From the IMG/VR virus record IMGVR_UViG_3300025389_000022, positions 3,671 to 67,670 of that record: DNA of 64,000 bases; one strand, 5' to 3'. The notes under the pieces were generated by a model. That model saw only the letters and a list, made by a program, of their open reading frames with translations. It was not told where the DNA came from and ran no database searches. Of the stretch, positions 29,374 through 37,634 are shown in pieces; position 1 is the first letter of the stretch, and each line of letters opens with the position of its first letter. Made by a program: the position numbers and the translations under genes. Source of the DNA: a virus (taxonomy: Duplodnaviria > Caudoviricetes).

Positions 29374-29932
29374 CCACTATCTTTTTAAACTTCTCCTTGT
29401 CATACTTAATAAACGGCGTATACTTTTTTACTCTCATACTTATCTCATCCCACACTGGATCGTACTGCATCTTCTTGTCCCAGTACTCTTTAGACCTAGT
29501 CAACTCGAGCATGATGCAGAACGTCTCGATAGACAGATTCCCACTTAGGTAGCTGCGAAGAAAGTGTGGGTGCTCTCCATCTTTATGGACGAAGTTCGAG
29601 TTAAATGGAGTTAGCATTCCCATCACCTCGTTCTTAAAGATGTAGCTGAGAGACTGGTTTCTTTTCTTCCACTCTTGATATATCTTCTCAGAGCTTGGAG
29701 AGTACGCTAGGTCTCTAATCCAAGACTTACTGTTCTCTACAAAGTTAGATATGAGGAAGTTGTGTACGTCTTCGTGCTTGGCCAGCTTCTCAAAGAAGAT
29801 ACGATCCTTTCTCTTTTGGAACGTATCGACTTTAGTTCTAAGCTTACCTTGGTACTTTATGTAGTCGTATTCTGGTTTTGTGAAGTGGTTCTTAAGAGCG
29901 AGATATTCGTTGTAGCATTCATATGGCGTCAT
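29351..29932 (-). CDS. gp59: Helicase loader gp59
   Basis: Y..YLALKNHFT...YDY.KY.GK......F.KRKDR.FFEKLA motif. Adjacent to gp32. Confidence 0.9.
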   Translation of the reverse strand: MTPYECYNEYLALKNHFTKPEYDYIKYQGKLRTKVDTFQKRKDRIFFEKLAKHEDVHNFLISNFVENSKSWIRDLAYSPSSEKIYQEWKKRNQSLSYIFKNEVMGMLTPFNSNFVHKDGEHPHFLRSYLSGNLSIETFCIMLELTRSKEYWDKKMQYDPVWDEISMRVKKYTPFIKYDKEKFKKIVVDIYGKE

Positions 29933-30389
29933 CGTCCTCTTTCAATATACCCATAAATTTAATGAACAGACCCTTCTCACGGCCGTAAGCCTCGATCTCC
30001 CAAGGTTGTTCCCAGTAGTCCATGTTGTCTGAGTCGTATTTCTCACCGAGCCATTTTACCATTCTCGCCGGCCGAAATATATCCTTAAGCTCACCCTTAG
30101 CGTACTGCTTCAGGTGGACCATCTCGTGGGCCAGCGCGAGAAGTATTTCTTTCTTTGGAAGCTTAGAGTCGATCGTTATTAGAAAGTCTCTAGCCTTGTG
30201 GTTGTCGTCAGTCCAGTCGCAAAAAGCGTACTCGTTAGATCCTCTATCAAAAGAGATAAACTCGATTGTAAGATCTATGTTGTTGGCTAATTTCTTACCA
30301 AGAAGATACTCTCCGTAGAATCTAGCAGCTTTTTTCACAATATAGTTAGATAAATCTTTCTTAGGTTTACCCACTATCTTGATGAACAT
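29919..30389 (-). CDS. Zn-metallopeptidase-like protein (HExxH)
   Basis: LAHEMVHLKQY...EL and YW.QPWE.EAY motifs. TATAAATA late promoter at 30421-30428. Confidence 0.7.
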   Translation of the reverse strand: MFIKIVGKPKKDLSNYIVKKAARFYGEYLLGKKLANNIDLTIEFISFDRGSNEYAFCDWTDDNHKARDFLITIDSKLPKKEILLALAHEMVHLKQYAKGELKDIFRPARMVKWLGEKYDSDNMDYWEQPWEIEAYGREKGLFIKFMGILKEDDDAI

Positions 30390-30423
30390 TTGACACCTCC
30401 TCCAAATGCTGGGCTCGGTATAT

Positions 30424-30642
30424 TTATAAAGGTAGGCTATTTCCCTTTTTAGTCTTAAGAAGATTAACTAATTCAGCTTCTCCACGAATCTTTGCTCTAA
30501 GAACAGGATCCTTCTTGATTAGTAGAGCTGCAGCCTCCACCTCGTATCTATGCTGCTCACACCAGAGCACCACACTCTCGGTATAGGATATGTCCTTCAT
30601 CCATACCAAGTCTTCTATCTCATTAGCAAAGGACTCATTCAT
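30424..30642 (-). CDS. gp33: Late transcription coactivator gp33
   Basis: F...IE..V....ISY.E.V...C.....E.E....LI....L..KI..EA...N.L pattern, in gp59-gp33 synteny. Confidence 0.8.
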   Translation of the reverse strand: MNESFANEIEDLVWMKDISYTESVVLWCEQHRYEVEAAALLIKKDPVLRAKIRGEAELVNLLKTKKGNSLPL

Positions 30643-30909
30643 CTAAACTTCTCTCTCAATTCCTTGACTCTGGTTCTTAAATAGTCTTCGATGATCTTTC
30701 TCTTTTCATCGTCCTTCTCAAATTTAAGAAGACCAAGCTCGTACTCAAAACAAAATCTCATGTTGTATCCCATTGAAGGAATAATACTCTTATTTCGGTC
30801 CATATTGTTTTCTCCAGAGCCAAGCGTTGAGAGATGATACCCTACCGGCGAACCAGTTCATCAACCCGCTGTTCCAGAAAAAGTGGTCGTATTTGCCCAT
30901 TGTACACTC

Positions 30910-31311
30910 CTATTTGATAGTGATTTTTGTCTCGTTGATATTCTGTCTTACTAGTTCAAAAAGAGTCGCCGAGTCTGATGGGGAGACTCTGACACATCCG
31001 TGACTTGCTGGACGACCCAGGTTATTGACACGAGGAGTAGCGTGAATAGCGTAGCCGCCGTTAAAAAAGATCGAATTTGGCATTGGCGCATTGTCGTACT
31101 TCTTTGAGTAGTGCATACGTTGAAGTGAGTATGGATAGTAGGTTCCAACAGGAGTGTAGTAACCCTTTCGAGCCGTAGACACCGGCATCACGTCGATCAG
31201 CTCACCATTCTGATACACCTCCATCGATTGATGTCTCTTGCTGACTACCAGCTCTATGTCTGCAAGAGCCGGTGTGGTAAACATAAGAGCCGCGAGTAGT
31301 AACTTCTTCAC
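30910..31311 (-). CDS. L,D-transpeptidase (YkuD/ErfK family) with signal peptide
   Basis: PVSTARKGYYTP.G, MHYSKKYDNAPMP.SIFF.GGYAIHAT and catalytic LGRPASHGCVRV motifs. Confidence 0.9.
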   Translation of the reverse strand: MKKLLLAALMFTTPALADIELVVSKRHQSMEVYQNGELIDVMPVSTARKGYYTPVGTYYPYSLQRMHYSKKYDNAPMPNSIFFNGGYAIHATPRVNNLGRPASHGCVRVSPSDSATLFELVRQNINETKITIK

Positions 31312-32043
31312 TCAGTCCTCCATAAGATTGTTCTTGATCTCTCTTAGAATAGTGCTTCGCTGTTTAGACTCTCTAAAAAACTTGTACCAGTACGGCATGC
31401 GACTATACTTGATACCAATAAAGTCTTTGAGTAAGACATTTTCTGACATCAGCTTAGCCAACTTGGTGTTGAGTTCAAACTTCTTTAGCGTAATATTCTC
31501 GTCTGTAAGAAACGTTACATAGCAATAATCGTCATCCTTGTTTAATTTTACATTATTAATAGATGAATCAACAAGCATTGCGCATTCAATAGGTCTAAAC
31601 CATTTACCAATGTTAAACTTACCAGGAATAAGTCTTGCTGATTTAGTGAATTCATTATTACTAAAATAAGGTCCACTAGTCATAATCTCGAGTGACTCTT
31701 CACAGAACATAATATATCTCACCTTTGCGGTGATCATTCCATCTGGAATACTTCTTAAATGTAAATAACTATCAAAGAACTTTTGATCATATAATAAAGA
31801 TCCAGCTTTATCATTCTCTCTATCTAAAGAGAATTCATAGTCGAATGGGAACTTAAGAGCATACGTATTCTTTGTTGAGTCTTTAACTGCAGGACAATAT
31901 TTAATTTTAGTCTGCTCACCAATAAACTTCATATCACATATACGTTCAAAGATATTCTCTGGTTCAGCGCAGCAGTTTGATGTAGAGAACGTATCAAGAG
32001 AATCATTAAATACGTCAGTAAATGCGGACCAATAGACAATCAT
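31312..32043 (-). CDS. Hypothetical protein
   Basis: 243-aa ORF with GGAG RBS. Contains CPA..D...NTY...FP.D and PG.F.IGKWFRP segments. Confidence 0.6.
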   Translation of the reverse strand: MIVYWSAFTDVFNDSLDTFSTSNCCAEPENIFERICDMKFIGEQTKIKYCPAVKDSTKNTYALKFPFDYEFSLDRENDKAGSLLYDQKFFDSYLHLRSIPDGMITAKVRYIMFCEESLEIMTSGPYFSNNEFTKSARLIPGKFNIGKWFRPIECAMLVDSSINNVKLNKDDDYCYVTFLTDENITLKKFELNTKLAKLMSENVLLKDFIGIKYSRMPYWYKFFRESKQRSTILREIKNNLMED

Positions 32044-32060
32044 TATAATACTCCATAAAG

Positions 32061-32135
32061 TGGCGATTCCACCAGGATTCGAACCTGGACCTAAGGTTTA
32101 GAAGACCCCTATGATATCCCTTTCACCATGGAACC
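32061..32135 (-). tRNA. tRNA-Arg (anticodon UCU) with encoded CCA
   Basis: Reverse complement GGTTCCATGGTGAAAGGGATATCATAGGGGTCTTCTAAACCTTAGGTCCAGGTTCGAATCCTGGTGGAATCGCCA folds as a cloverleaf with anticodon loop CT-TCT-AA and T-loop TTCGAAT. Confidence 0.95.
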
Positions 32136-32174
32136 ATTATACATATAATATCACGTTCCGCTGGTCTTGTAAAC

Positions 32175-32321
32175 TTATTTGATAGCGTGAGTGTCTTTAC
32201 CCTTGAAGCTCTTCTTCACGATCTTGAGCCAGAGCTTTCTCTCTTTCTTAGCGTCTTTGTCGATGATAGCCTTATAGAACTTCATGATGAGACGCTGAGT
32301 CTTACTCAACTTCTTAGCCAT
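32175..32321 (-). CDS. 48-aa highly basic protein
   Basis: MAKKLSKTQRLIMKFYKAIIDKDAKKERKLWLKIVKKSFKGKDTHAIK, with AGGAG RBS. Lies between the tmRNA and the tRNA. Confidence 0.7.
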   Translation of the reverse strand: MAKKLSKTQRLIMKFYKAIIDKDAKKERKLWLKIVKKSFKGKDTHAIK

Positions 32322-32339
32322 TTAACTTCTCCTAAAGAA

Positions 32340-32600
32340 TTGCCAGATTCTGTTTCTAGGTTCTGGCGGACCCAATGATTATGCTGCTAGAGCAATATCA
32401 AATGGTGCGAAGTTATCGTTAGCACCTGTTATTTGCCTTTGGTCTCCTTGAACCCTTACTACGCAGATCGATTCCCAGTATCACCCCCATCATAAGCACT
32501 CTTTTTAGCATAAATGGACTTTTGAGTGTTTATGGTGGAGGTGGGGGGATTTGAACCCCCGTCTCTTACGTCTATGTCGTTCCTCTCAACGACCTTGGCA
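32340..32600 (-). ncRNA. ssrA: Two-piece (circularly permuted) tmRNA, tag (A)ANDNFAPFDIALAA
   Basis: Acceptor piece ends ...GACGGGGGTTCAAATCCCCCCACCTCCACCA at 32533. A 44-nt spacer follows. The coding piece starts GGGGGTGATACTGGGAATCGA at 32488 and gives a 7-bp acceptor stem with G3:U. Tag ORF spans 32423-32379. Outer ends are approximate. Confidence 0.93.
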
Positions 32601-32605
32601 ATCTC

Positions 32606-32613
32606 TATTTATA
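32606..32613 (-). promoter_or_regulatory. Late promoter TATAAATA upstream of the tmRNA
   Basis: Exact match a few nt before the predicted 5' end of the acceptor piece. Confidence 0.75.
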
Positions 32614-32644
32614 ATTGTCTATCACCTCTTCATCCGGTAAGATG

Positions 32645-32761
32645 CTACCAGTTGCATGGGTTCGAAGTGTTGTCCCGTATAGCACACTCTGCGTACTTTG
32701 CAGATTGACAGCTAGCCAAGCTACAAAAGGATAACACCGTAATTAGTAAAAAATATTTCAT
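32645..32761 (-). CDS. Small lipoprotein (38 aa)
   Basis: MKYFLLITVLSFCSLASCQSAKYAECAIRDNTSNPCNW has a signal peptide and LASC lipobox. Its start overlaps the upstream stop. Confidence 0.6.
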   Translation of the reverse strand: MKYFLLITVLSFCSLASCQSAKYAECAIRDNTSNPCNW

Positions 32762-33123
32762 ACTTTCTGTCCTCTTACTTTATCTAAAAGCTTTGATAAG
32801 AACTCAATAGCAGAGTCATTGAATGTTACATCGTGGACTACACCGGTGACACAGTACTTCTCAGCTACAAGAGCATTCCCATCCTTTGTCTTATCATACT
32901 CAACAGTTATTGCACGACGATCATTAGAGATCATGAGCTCCTGTCGTCTGCCAGCTGTTGTCTCACCACCATAGACAGTGACAAGGTGATTATCCTCGAT
33001 ATACTTCATGAACTCTTTATTAGGATAGCACTTATACTCTGGCTTCGCCTCTTGTGCACCTGCATATGTTAGACCAAGCATGGCACCAACAAGAATGCCA
33101 TAGATATATAAAACTTTAGTCAT
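32758..33123 (-). CDS. Hypothetical exported protein
   Basis: N-terminal hydrophobic signal followed by AxA. Confidence 0.6.
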   Translation of the reverse strand: MTKVLYIYGILVGAMLGLTYAGAQEAKPEYKCYPNKEFMKYIEDNHLVTVYGGETTAGRRQELMISNDRRAITVEYDKTKDGNALVAEKYCVTGVVHDVTFNDSAIEFLSKLLDKVRGQKV

Positions 33124-33131
33124 GTTCTCTC

Positions 33132-33368
33132 CTATTCTACATCAATCACAGCATTGACGCTGAGACATGTATATTCTATCTTATTTTGTCTACGATCATA
33201 ATGGTACGTATATTTTAGAGGTATGCCTCCTGCGTCCAAACACATGTTATCAAAAGATTCTTTATGTTGTTGCTCTTCATAAGCAGCATATATAATAATA
33301 GATAAGAATACGATCGATAAGAAGGTCATTACATTTAGCAATACGTCTAGAAGTTTTCTATTCATCAC
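33132..33368 (-). CDS. Hypothetical membrane-anchored protein
   Basis: One N-terminal TM segment and a CxxxGG motif. Confidence 0.55.
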   Translation of the reverse strand: MMNRKLLDVLLNVMTFLSIVFLSIIIYAAYEEQQHKESFDNMCLDAGGIPLKYTYHYDRRQNKIEYTCLSVNAVIDVE

Positions 33369-33871
33369 ACCATCCTTAGTTGTTCTGTTTCATCTTTAAA
33401 TAGTTTTAATTCGCTATTTGTTTCTATCCATAATGATCTTTTATTTTCTTTCTTATTCTCTTCTTTACATACATATAGACATGGTCCTAATATATCTATT
33501 GCTTTACATTTTTCTGTATTATCATTAGTGGTAACATAGCATATTGGATTTGATCCAATATATATACCGTTTGGCCAATAATTTTTCTGCATAGCATTCT
33601 TATCTACCAATATTTTAGTTTTCATCTCACCATAATTATAATGATCGTCATCATGGTAAGTTACTTCTGATTTAGTAATACACCAAGCGCGTTTAATTCT
33701 TTTAGGAGTTCCTGGTGTTACAGGATAATCCGGATCATCTATATAAACTATTTGAGATGGTCCGGATACGTATAAACCTCGTGTTGCTGTTCCAATAAGT
33801 TTCCAATTACTATCTGAAACAACGATAGTTAAAACAGGATCAAACCATAAGTTTATATTCTTTAAACCCAC
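33365..33871 (-). CDS. Hypothetical protein
   Basis: 168-aa AT-rich ORF coupled to both neighbours. Confidence 0.5.
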   Translation of the reverse strand: MGLKNINLWFDPVLTIVVSDSNWKLIGTATRGLYVSGPSQIVYIDDPDYPVTPGTPKRIKRAWCITKSEVTYHDDDHYNYGEMKTKILVDKNAMQKNYWPNGIYIGSNPICYVTTNDNTEKCKAIDILGPCLYVCKEENKKENKRSLWIETNSELKLFKDETEQLRMV

Positions 33872-35007
33872 TAAATGATCCTTAGTAATATTGTGCTTTC
33901 ATTAATGCGCGACTGTATCGCCGCATTGTGTTTGAGTTCTTGATCGAGTTTTCTAAGAATAATTTTTCCGCCATCCAAGACTTTCTTGACCACTTCTTCC
34001 GGCTTGCGACCAGTTCGCAGGGTAAAGGACGATGCTTCATCGAATTTAATAATCGAAGCCCCCTTAACATCAAGACCTCCTCGATCAAGCGCACGAAATA
34101 CCGAGATCGTCTTATACTTTGTATTGAACGTCCATAATTCTTGTGCGCCAATGATTTTCTCAGGATTAACCGACGCAATCTTGAACGTGTTGTCTTCTTT
34201 CTGATATTTGAACGATTTAAGTTTCTTCTCGACCGACTGAACTCTTGGTTTTCTAGGCGCGCGAGTTCTCTTCGCCACTCCGGCATATTTTTCGGCATCA
34301 TCGCACATAGTAGAGTAGAACTTAACAAGTTTTTGTATATCGCTCTTTTTAAGATGTTTATATCCCTCTTTGAGTTGCTCATCCTTACCCTCGTATGCCT
34401 CAATTAGCTCATCAAGAACTGGTGCCAATTTAGCAATGATAGATGTAGAGTATGTAGCTGGTATGCTATTACTCTGAAGCCAATTGTATAGAGAGAACTC
34501 TTGATTTTCATGTATATAATCATCAATCATTCCCTCGATCTCACCGAGTATATCATGCGTCTTTTCTCTCATACGATCTTGAATAGATACTACCGGCTTA
34601 TCATTCTTCTCTTCTTTAATCTCTTCTTTAACTTTAGACCACATTGTGGTAAAATTACTACCAATAAATTGCATCGTGGTACCAGCAGGTTGATAACCAC
34701 GATTAATCATACGACAGAGCCAAGCAGCCGTCATTGGTATATCTGTGTCTGATATACGAGAGAGTTTCTTAGCGAGCTCAGGCTTGCCAGTGTTCTTAAA
34801 GTACTCCTTGATGTAATCACGAGCATCTGAATAGTTACACATATAATTGTACCAAGTCAGAGCGCGTGCTACATTGATCTCACCAACCATCACTGGCTCG
34901 TCGCCCAGATACTTACCATTGATCACCTGTTGCTCGGTCTTAGTGGTACGAGTAACTTTAGGTTTACTTTTGATTAAGTTAGGACGACGAGCCATCATTA
35001 TCTCCAA
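33871..35007 (-). CDS. Conserved T4-like hypothetical protein
   Basis: ALTWYNY and C-terminal IIGAQELWTFNTKYK...LR KPEE...RIN..TILLR family pattern. Has its own sigma70 promoter. Confidence 0.75.
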   Translation of the reverse strand: MEIMMARRPNLIKSKPKVTRTTKTEQQVINGKYLGDEPVMVGEINVARALTWYNYMCNYSDARDYIKEYFKNTGKPELAKKLSRISDTDIPMTAAWLCRMINRGYQPAGTTMQFIGSNFTTMWSKVKEEIKEEKNDKPVVSIQDRMREKTHDILGEIEGMIDDYIHENQEFSLYNWLQSNSIPATYSTSIIAKLAPVLDELIEAYEGKDEQLKEGYKHLKKSDIQKLVKFYSTMCDDAEKYAGVAKRTRAPRKPRVQSVEKKLKSFKYQKEDNTFKIASVNPEKIIGAQELWTFNTKYKTISVFRALDRGGLDVKGASIIKFDEASSFTLRTGRKPEEVVKKVLDGGKIILRKLDQELKHNAAIQSRINESTILLRII

Positions 35008-35018
35008 TTGTTATTATA

Positions 35019-35047
35019 ATTATACACCATCGAAGCGATGGTGTCAA
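35019..35047 (-). promoter_or_regulatory. Consensus sigma70 promoter with a 9-bp inverted repeat spanning the spacer
   Basis: TTGACA-17-TATAAT. ACACCATCG-AAG-CGATGGTGT at 35024-35044. Confidence 0.8.
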
Positions 35048-35410
35048 TCAAAGACTTCCTTTAGCTGAATTATAAGTACGTAAGAATTCACGATTATTTT
35101 TCTCTGGTAGTCTATAGAGCTCATACTTATCTAACTCTTCTACAAATCCAACGCTTGACATACCTTTGATATAGCAATAGCCTGTAAACTTAGATCCACC
35201 AAGTTTCTTAACAATATCTTCACATTCTTTTGTAGTTATTGTAGAACGAGGCCAATCAATAATCTTCTCAATAAAGTTTTTCTTTAAGTATCCACGTGGA
35301 AACTTAGATCTCTTTAATTTTGGTTTCTCTTTATTATTGAGAGAAGCCACGAAATCCGTGACTCTCTCTACTTGACTGGATTCTATATCAAATATAACTT
35401 GAACTTTCAT
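35048..35410 (-). CDS. Hypothetical basic protein (possible winged-helix)
   Basis: 120-aa ORF with AGGAG RBS. Confidence 0.55.
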   Translation of the reverse strand: MKVQVIFDIESSQVERVTDFVASLNNKEKPKLKRSKFPRGYLKKNFIEKIIDWPRSTITTKECEDIVKKLGGSKFTGYCYIKGMSSVGFVEELDKYELYRLPEKNNREFLRTYNSAKGSL

Positions 35411-35427
35411 AATATATACTCCTGTTA

Positions 35428-36384
35428 TTAAGCAGTTTCTGCGTATTCGACTGCCAGCTCGAGAGCCTTCGTCTTGAGGTTCTTATTAGTACCATACCAA
35501 GCAGAGGTCAGACGAGTATCTGCTGAGCGACCAACAAGATGGTCTGTGAGGTAGGTGACTGAATTATAAGCCTGCCACCAAGAACCCTCAGCGTACTCAG
35601 CTCCGGGCTGCTCATGAACAATTGATAGTGCACGTGAAGCGTTACGAGAAAGATCTTTCTTATTCTCATTTGAACCACCAACAGGGAACAGACGCTGGAA
35701 GTACTCGACGAGTGACTCCTCCTTATACATCTTCTCACCAAGGAACTGAGCCATCTCTTTGTACTGAGCCAGCTTATCCTTAGCGACACCGAGCATGATC
35801 TTGACATTGTCGGCATCAAATTGCTTGCGATGAGAGATCTTAGCCATTCTCTCTACCGAAGAACTCAGTGATAGCGACAGTGTATTGTTACACACCACGC
35901 GGATCGGGGTGAAGCGTACGTCGGTGGAGAACCCGTACTTATGGAAGTTAGAGAAAAGTAGATAGGAGTCGATCTTATCTCCCTTGAACAGCTCAAATGA
36001 GTCATTCACCTTAGCAAGAGCCCAGACGATCTGGCCATTTTTGAGTGAACCAGCCGTGTGCATCTGCATTTCACCAGCAGCAATGAAGTCGTTAAAGAAC
36101 TCAAAGGCTTCGAGGTTCTGCACTGGGTTCCAGTCGTCAGACACGATGTCAAGGATCTTAGAGTCTGATGAGCGAACAAGAGCCGCACGAGAAAGCTCTA
36201 CCAACTCTTCTTTAACGAGAGCAAACGTCGGAGATTTCTCGACGGTCCAGTTGAGACCAGCCTCATCGAGCATCTGGAGTGGAGTAAGATCAGGAGATAC
36301 CTGTTTGCCTAATCCATGCCATGGAACATCACCTGCGTAAGCCATCTGAGCCACGCCATTTACGAACTCAATTTCATGTGCCAT
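35428..36384 (-). CDS. DUF932 family protein
   Basis: MAY.G.VPWHGLG, V...W.PVQN.EAFEFF, TAGSLK.G..VWALA and FTPIRVVC.NTL motifs. Confidence 0.88.
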   Translation of the reverse strand: MAHEIEFVNGVAQMAYAGDVPWHGLGKQVSPDLTPLQMLDEAGLNWTVEKSPTFALVKEELVELSRAALVRSSDSKILDIVSDDWNPVQNLEAFEFFNDFIAAGEMQMHTAGSLKNGQIVWALAKVNDSFELFKGDKIDSYLLFSNFHKYGFSTDVRFTPIRVVCNNTLSLSLSSSVERMAKISHRKQFDADNVKIMLGVAKDKLAQYKEMAQFLGEKMYKEESLVEYFQRLFPVGGSNENKKDLSRNASRALSIVHEQPGAEYAEGSWWQAYNSVTYLTDHLVGRSADTRLTSAWYGTNKNLKTKALELAVEYAETA

Positions 36385-36451
36385 AATATAGTTTCCTTTG
36401 TTGTTTGACTATAAGATTATTATATCATATCAAATCAAAAAGTAAACTCTT

Positions 36452-36664
36452 TTATGCTGATCTTAGAGTGTTAGCGTAGGCGGTATGAGCGCATTTAAAG
36501 CCAGAGATCCACTCGTTCTGACGATAGAGCTCTGTCTGGACCAGCTTATCATTGGTCTGATCCACTGATAGATAGTTGTAAGGGCAATCCCTAACAGCAC
36601 CACCTTCTAGATAGTGCTCTCTACCCTCTTCAAAGAATTGATTAGTGTACTGCCATTCGCCCAT
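36452..36664 (-). CDS. Hypothetical protein
   Basis: FEEG...Y..G.....CPY...W..G pattern. Operonic context. Confidence 0.55.
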   Translation of the reverse strand: MGEWQYTNQFFEEGREHYLEGGAVRDCPYNYLSVDQTNDKLVQTELYRQNEWISGFKCAHTAYANTLRSA

Positions 36665-36667
36665 GTA

Positions 36668-36871
36668 TCACTCCTCTGTCAAGTCTTTCTTATTACGATC
36701 TACACCCACGAAGTTCTCTGGGTGCTTTAGTATCTCAGCCAAGAAAGTAAGAAACTCTTTTAAGTCTTCTTTATTATACTTAGCGCCGATCTTCTCTTCT
36801 CTAAGATATGCTCCAATTAAGCAATAAGCCTCATTAGCTGCTGGATAGTTTAATTTATCTCCTACTAACAT
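36668..36871 (-). CDS. Hypothetical protein
   Basis: AGGAG RBS. Operonic context. Confidence 0.55.
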   Translation of the reverse strand: MLVGDKLNYPAANEAYCLIGAYLREEKIGAKYNKEDLKEFLTFLAEILKHPENFVGVDRNKKDLTEE

Positions 36872-36897
36872 ATTAACTCCTGACTTTTGTTAAATAA

Positions 36898-37188
36898 TTA
36901 CTTATACTCTTCTAGAGTCCTATAATACCAGTAATTATCAACAAGATTTTGAAATTGACTCTCGAGTCCGTAATACACGTCACGGTCCATGATCGCTCCG
37001 AGAATATAAAGATAATCTTCTGGATCTGGTAAATATTGCTTACACAGATCAAGATAATCTCTACCACTCTTAGGTGGTTTGACCTTCACCCCGTCGATGA
37101 CGTAGGGCCAGTCTTCTGGTAATGGATCGTCGATGGTGGATGTGTTTAACGGCTTCTTAACAGGAAAAGCTATAATCTCAGCGGTCAT
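36898..37188 (-). CDS. Hypothetical protein
   Basis: Starts MTAEIIAFP. GAGG RBS. Confidence 0.55.
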   Translation of the reverse strand: MTAEIIAFPVKKPLNTSTIDDPLPEDWPYVIDGVKVKPPKSGRDYLDLCKQYLPDPEDYLYILGAIMDRDVYYGLESQFQNLVDNYWYYRTLEEYK

Positions 37189-37282
37189 TATACCCTCACT
37201 AGTCTCACTACTTTAAAAGTGGTGTTGTTGATCCAATAACCAACTTCCCATGCGTTTAGTGACATATTGTAGCGTCTCACCA

Positions 37283-37474
37283 TCACTTAGTCTCCAATAC
37301 CGGCTTACCAACTAGGCGATCCTGCTTTAGTAGATGGAGGAATATGATAGCGTCGTTCATCGTAGGAAACTTATGACGACGCTCGACGATAAAACCATCG
37401 TCGTTCTTAACAGAATAAGATACTCGAATAGACTTGTGATACCGCATAGCATCCTCCATCGTTGAGCTTCTCAT
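37283..37474 (-). CDS. Hypothetical protein
   Basis: GGAGG RBS before the internal Met. Operonic context. Confidence 0.5.
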   Translation of the reverse strand: MRSSTMEDAMRYHKSIRVSYSVKNDDGFIVERRHKFPTMNDAIIFLHLLKQDRLVGKPVLETK

Positions 37475-37634
37475 ATTTATTAACGCTTGTCTAACTTAGC
37501 ACCAATGCTCAGTAGTACGCACAGGATAGCGAAGAGCATATCGTACTCCGCCATCACCATGTTACCGACAAAAGCGAAGTAGCCAGACATGGCTATAAAG
37601 ATCATACAGATTATTTCCCAACCAACTGAAATCA

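Noticed and set aside
32533-32570. Stand-alone tRNA (e.g. tRNA-Ala) or tRNA fragment/attP
   Set aside because: There is no D-arm or anticodon arm upstream. The complementary acceptor strand lies downstream and leads into a tag ORF, which fits a permuted tmRNA.
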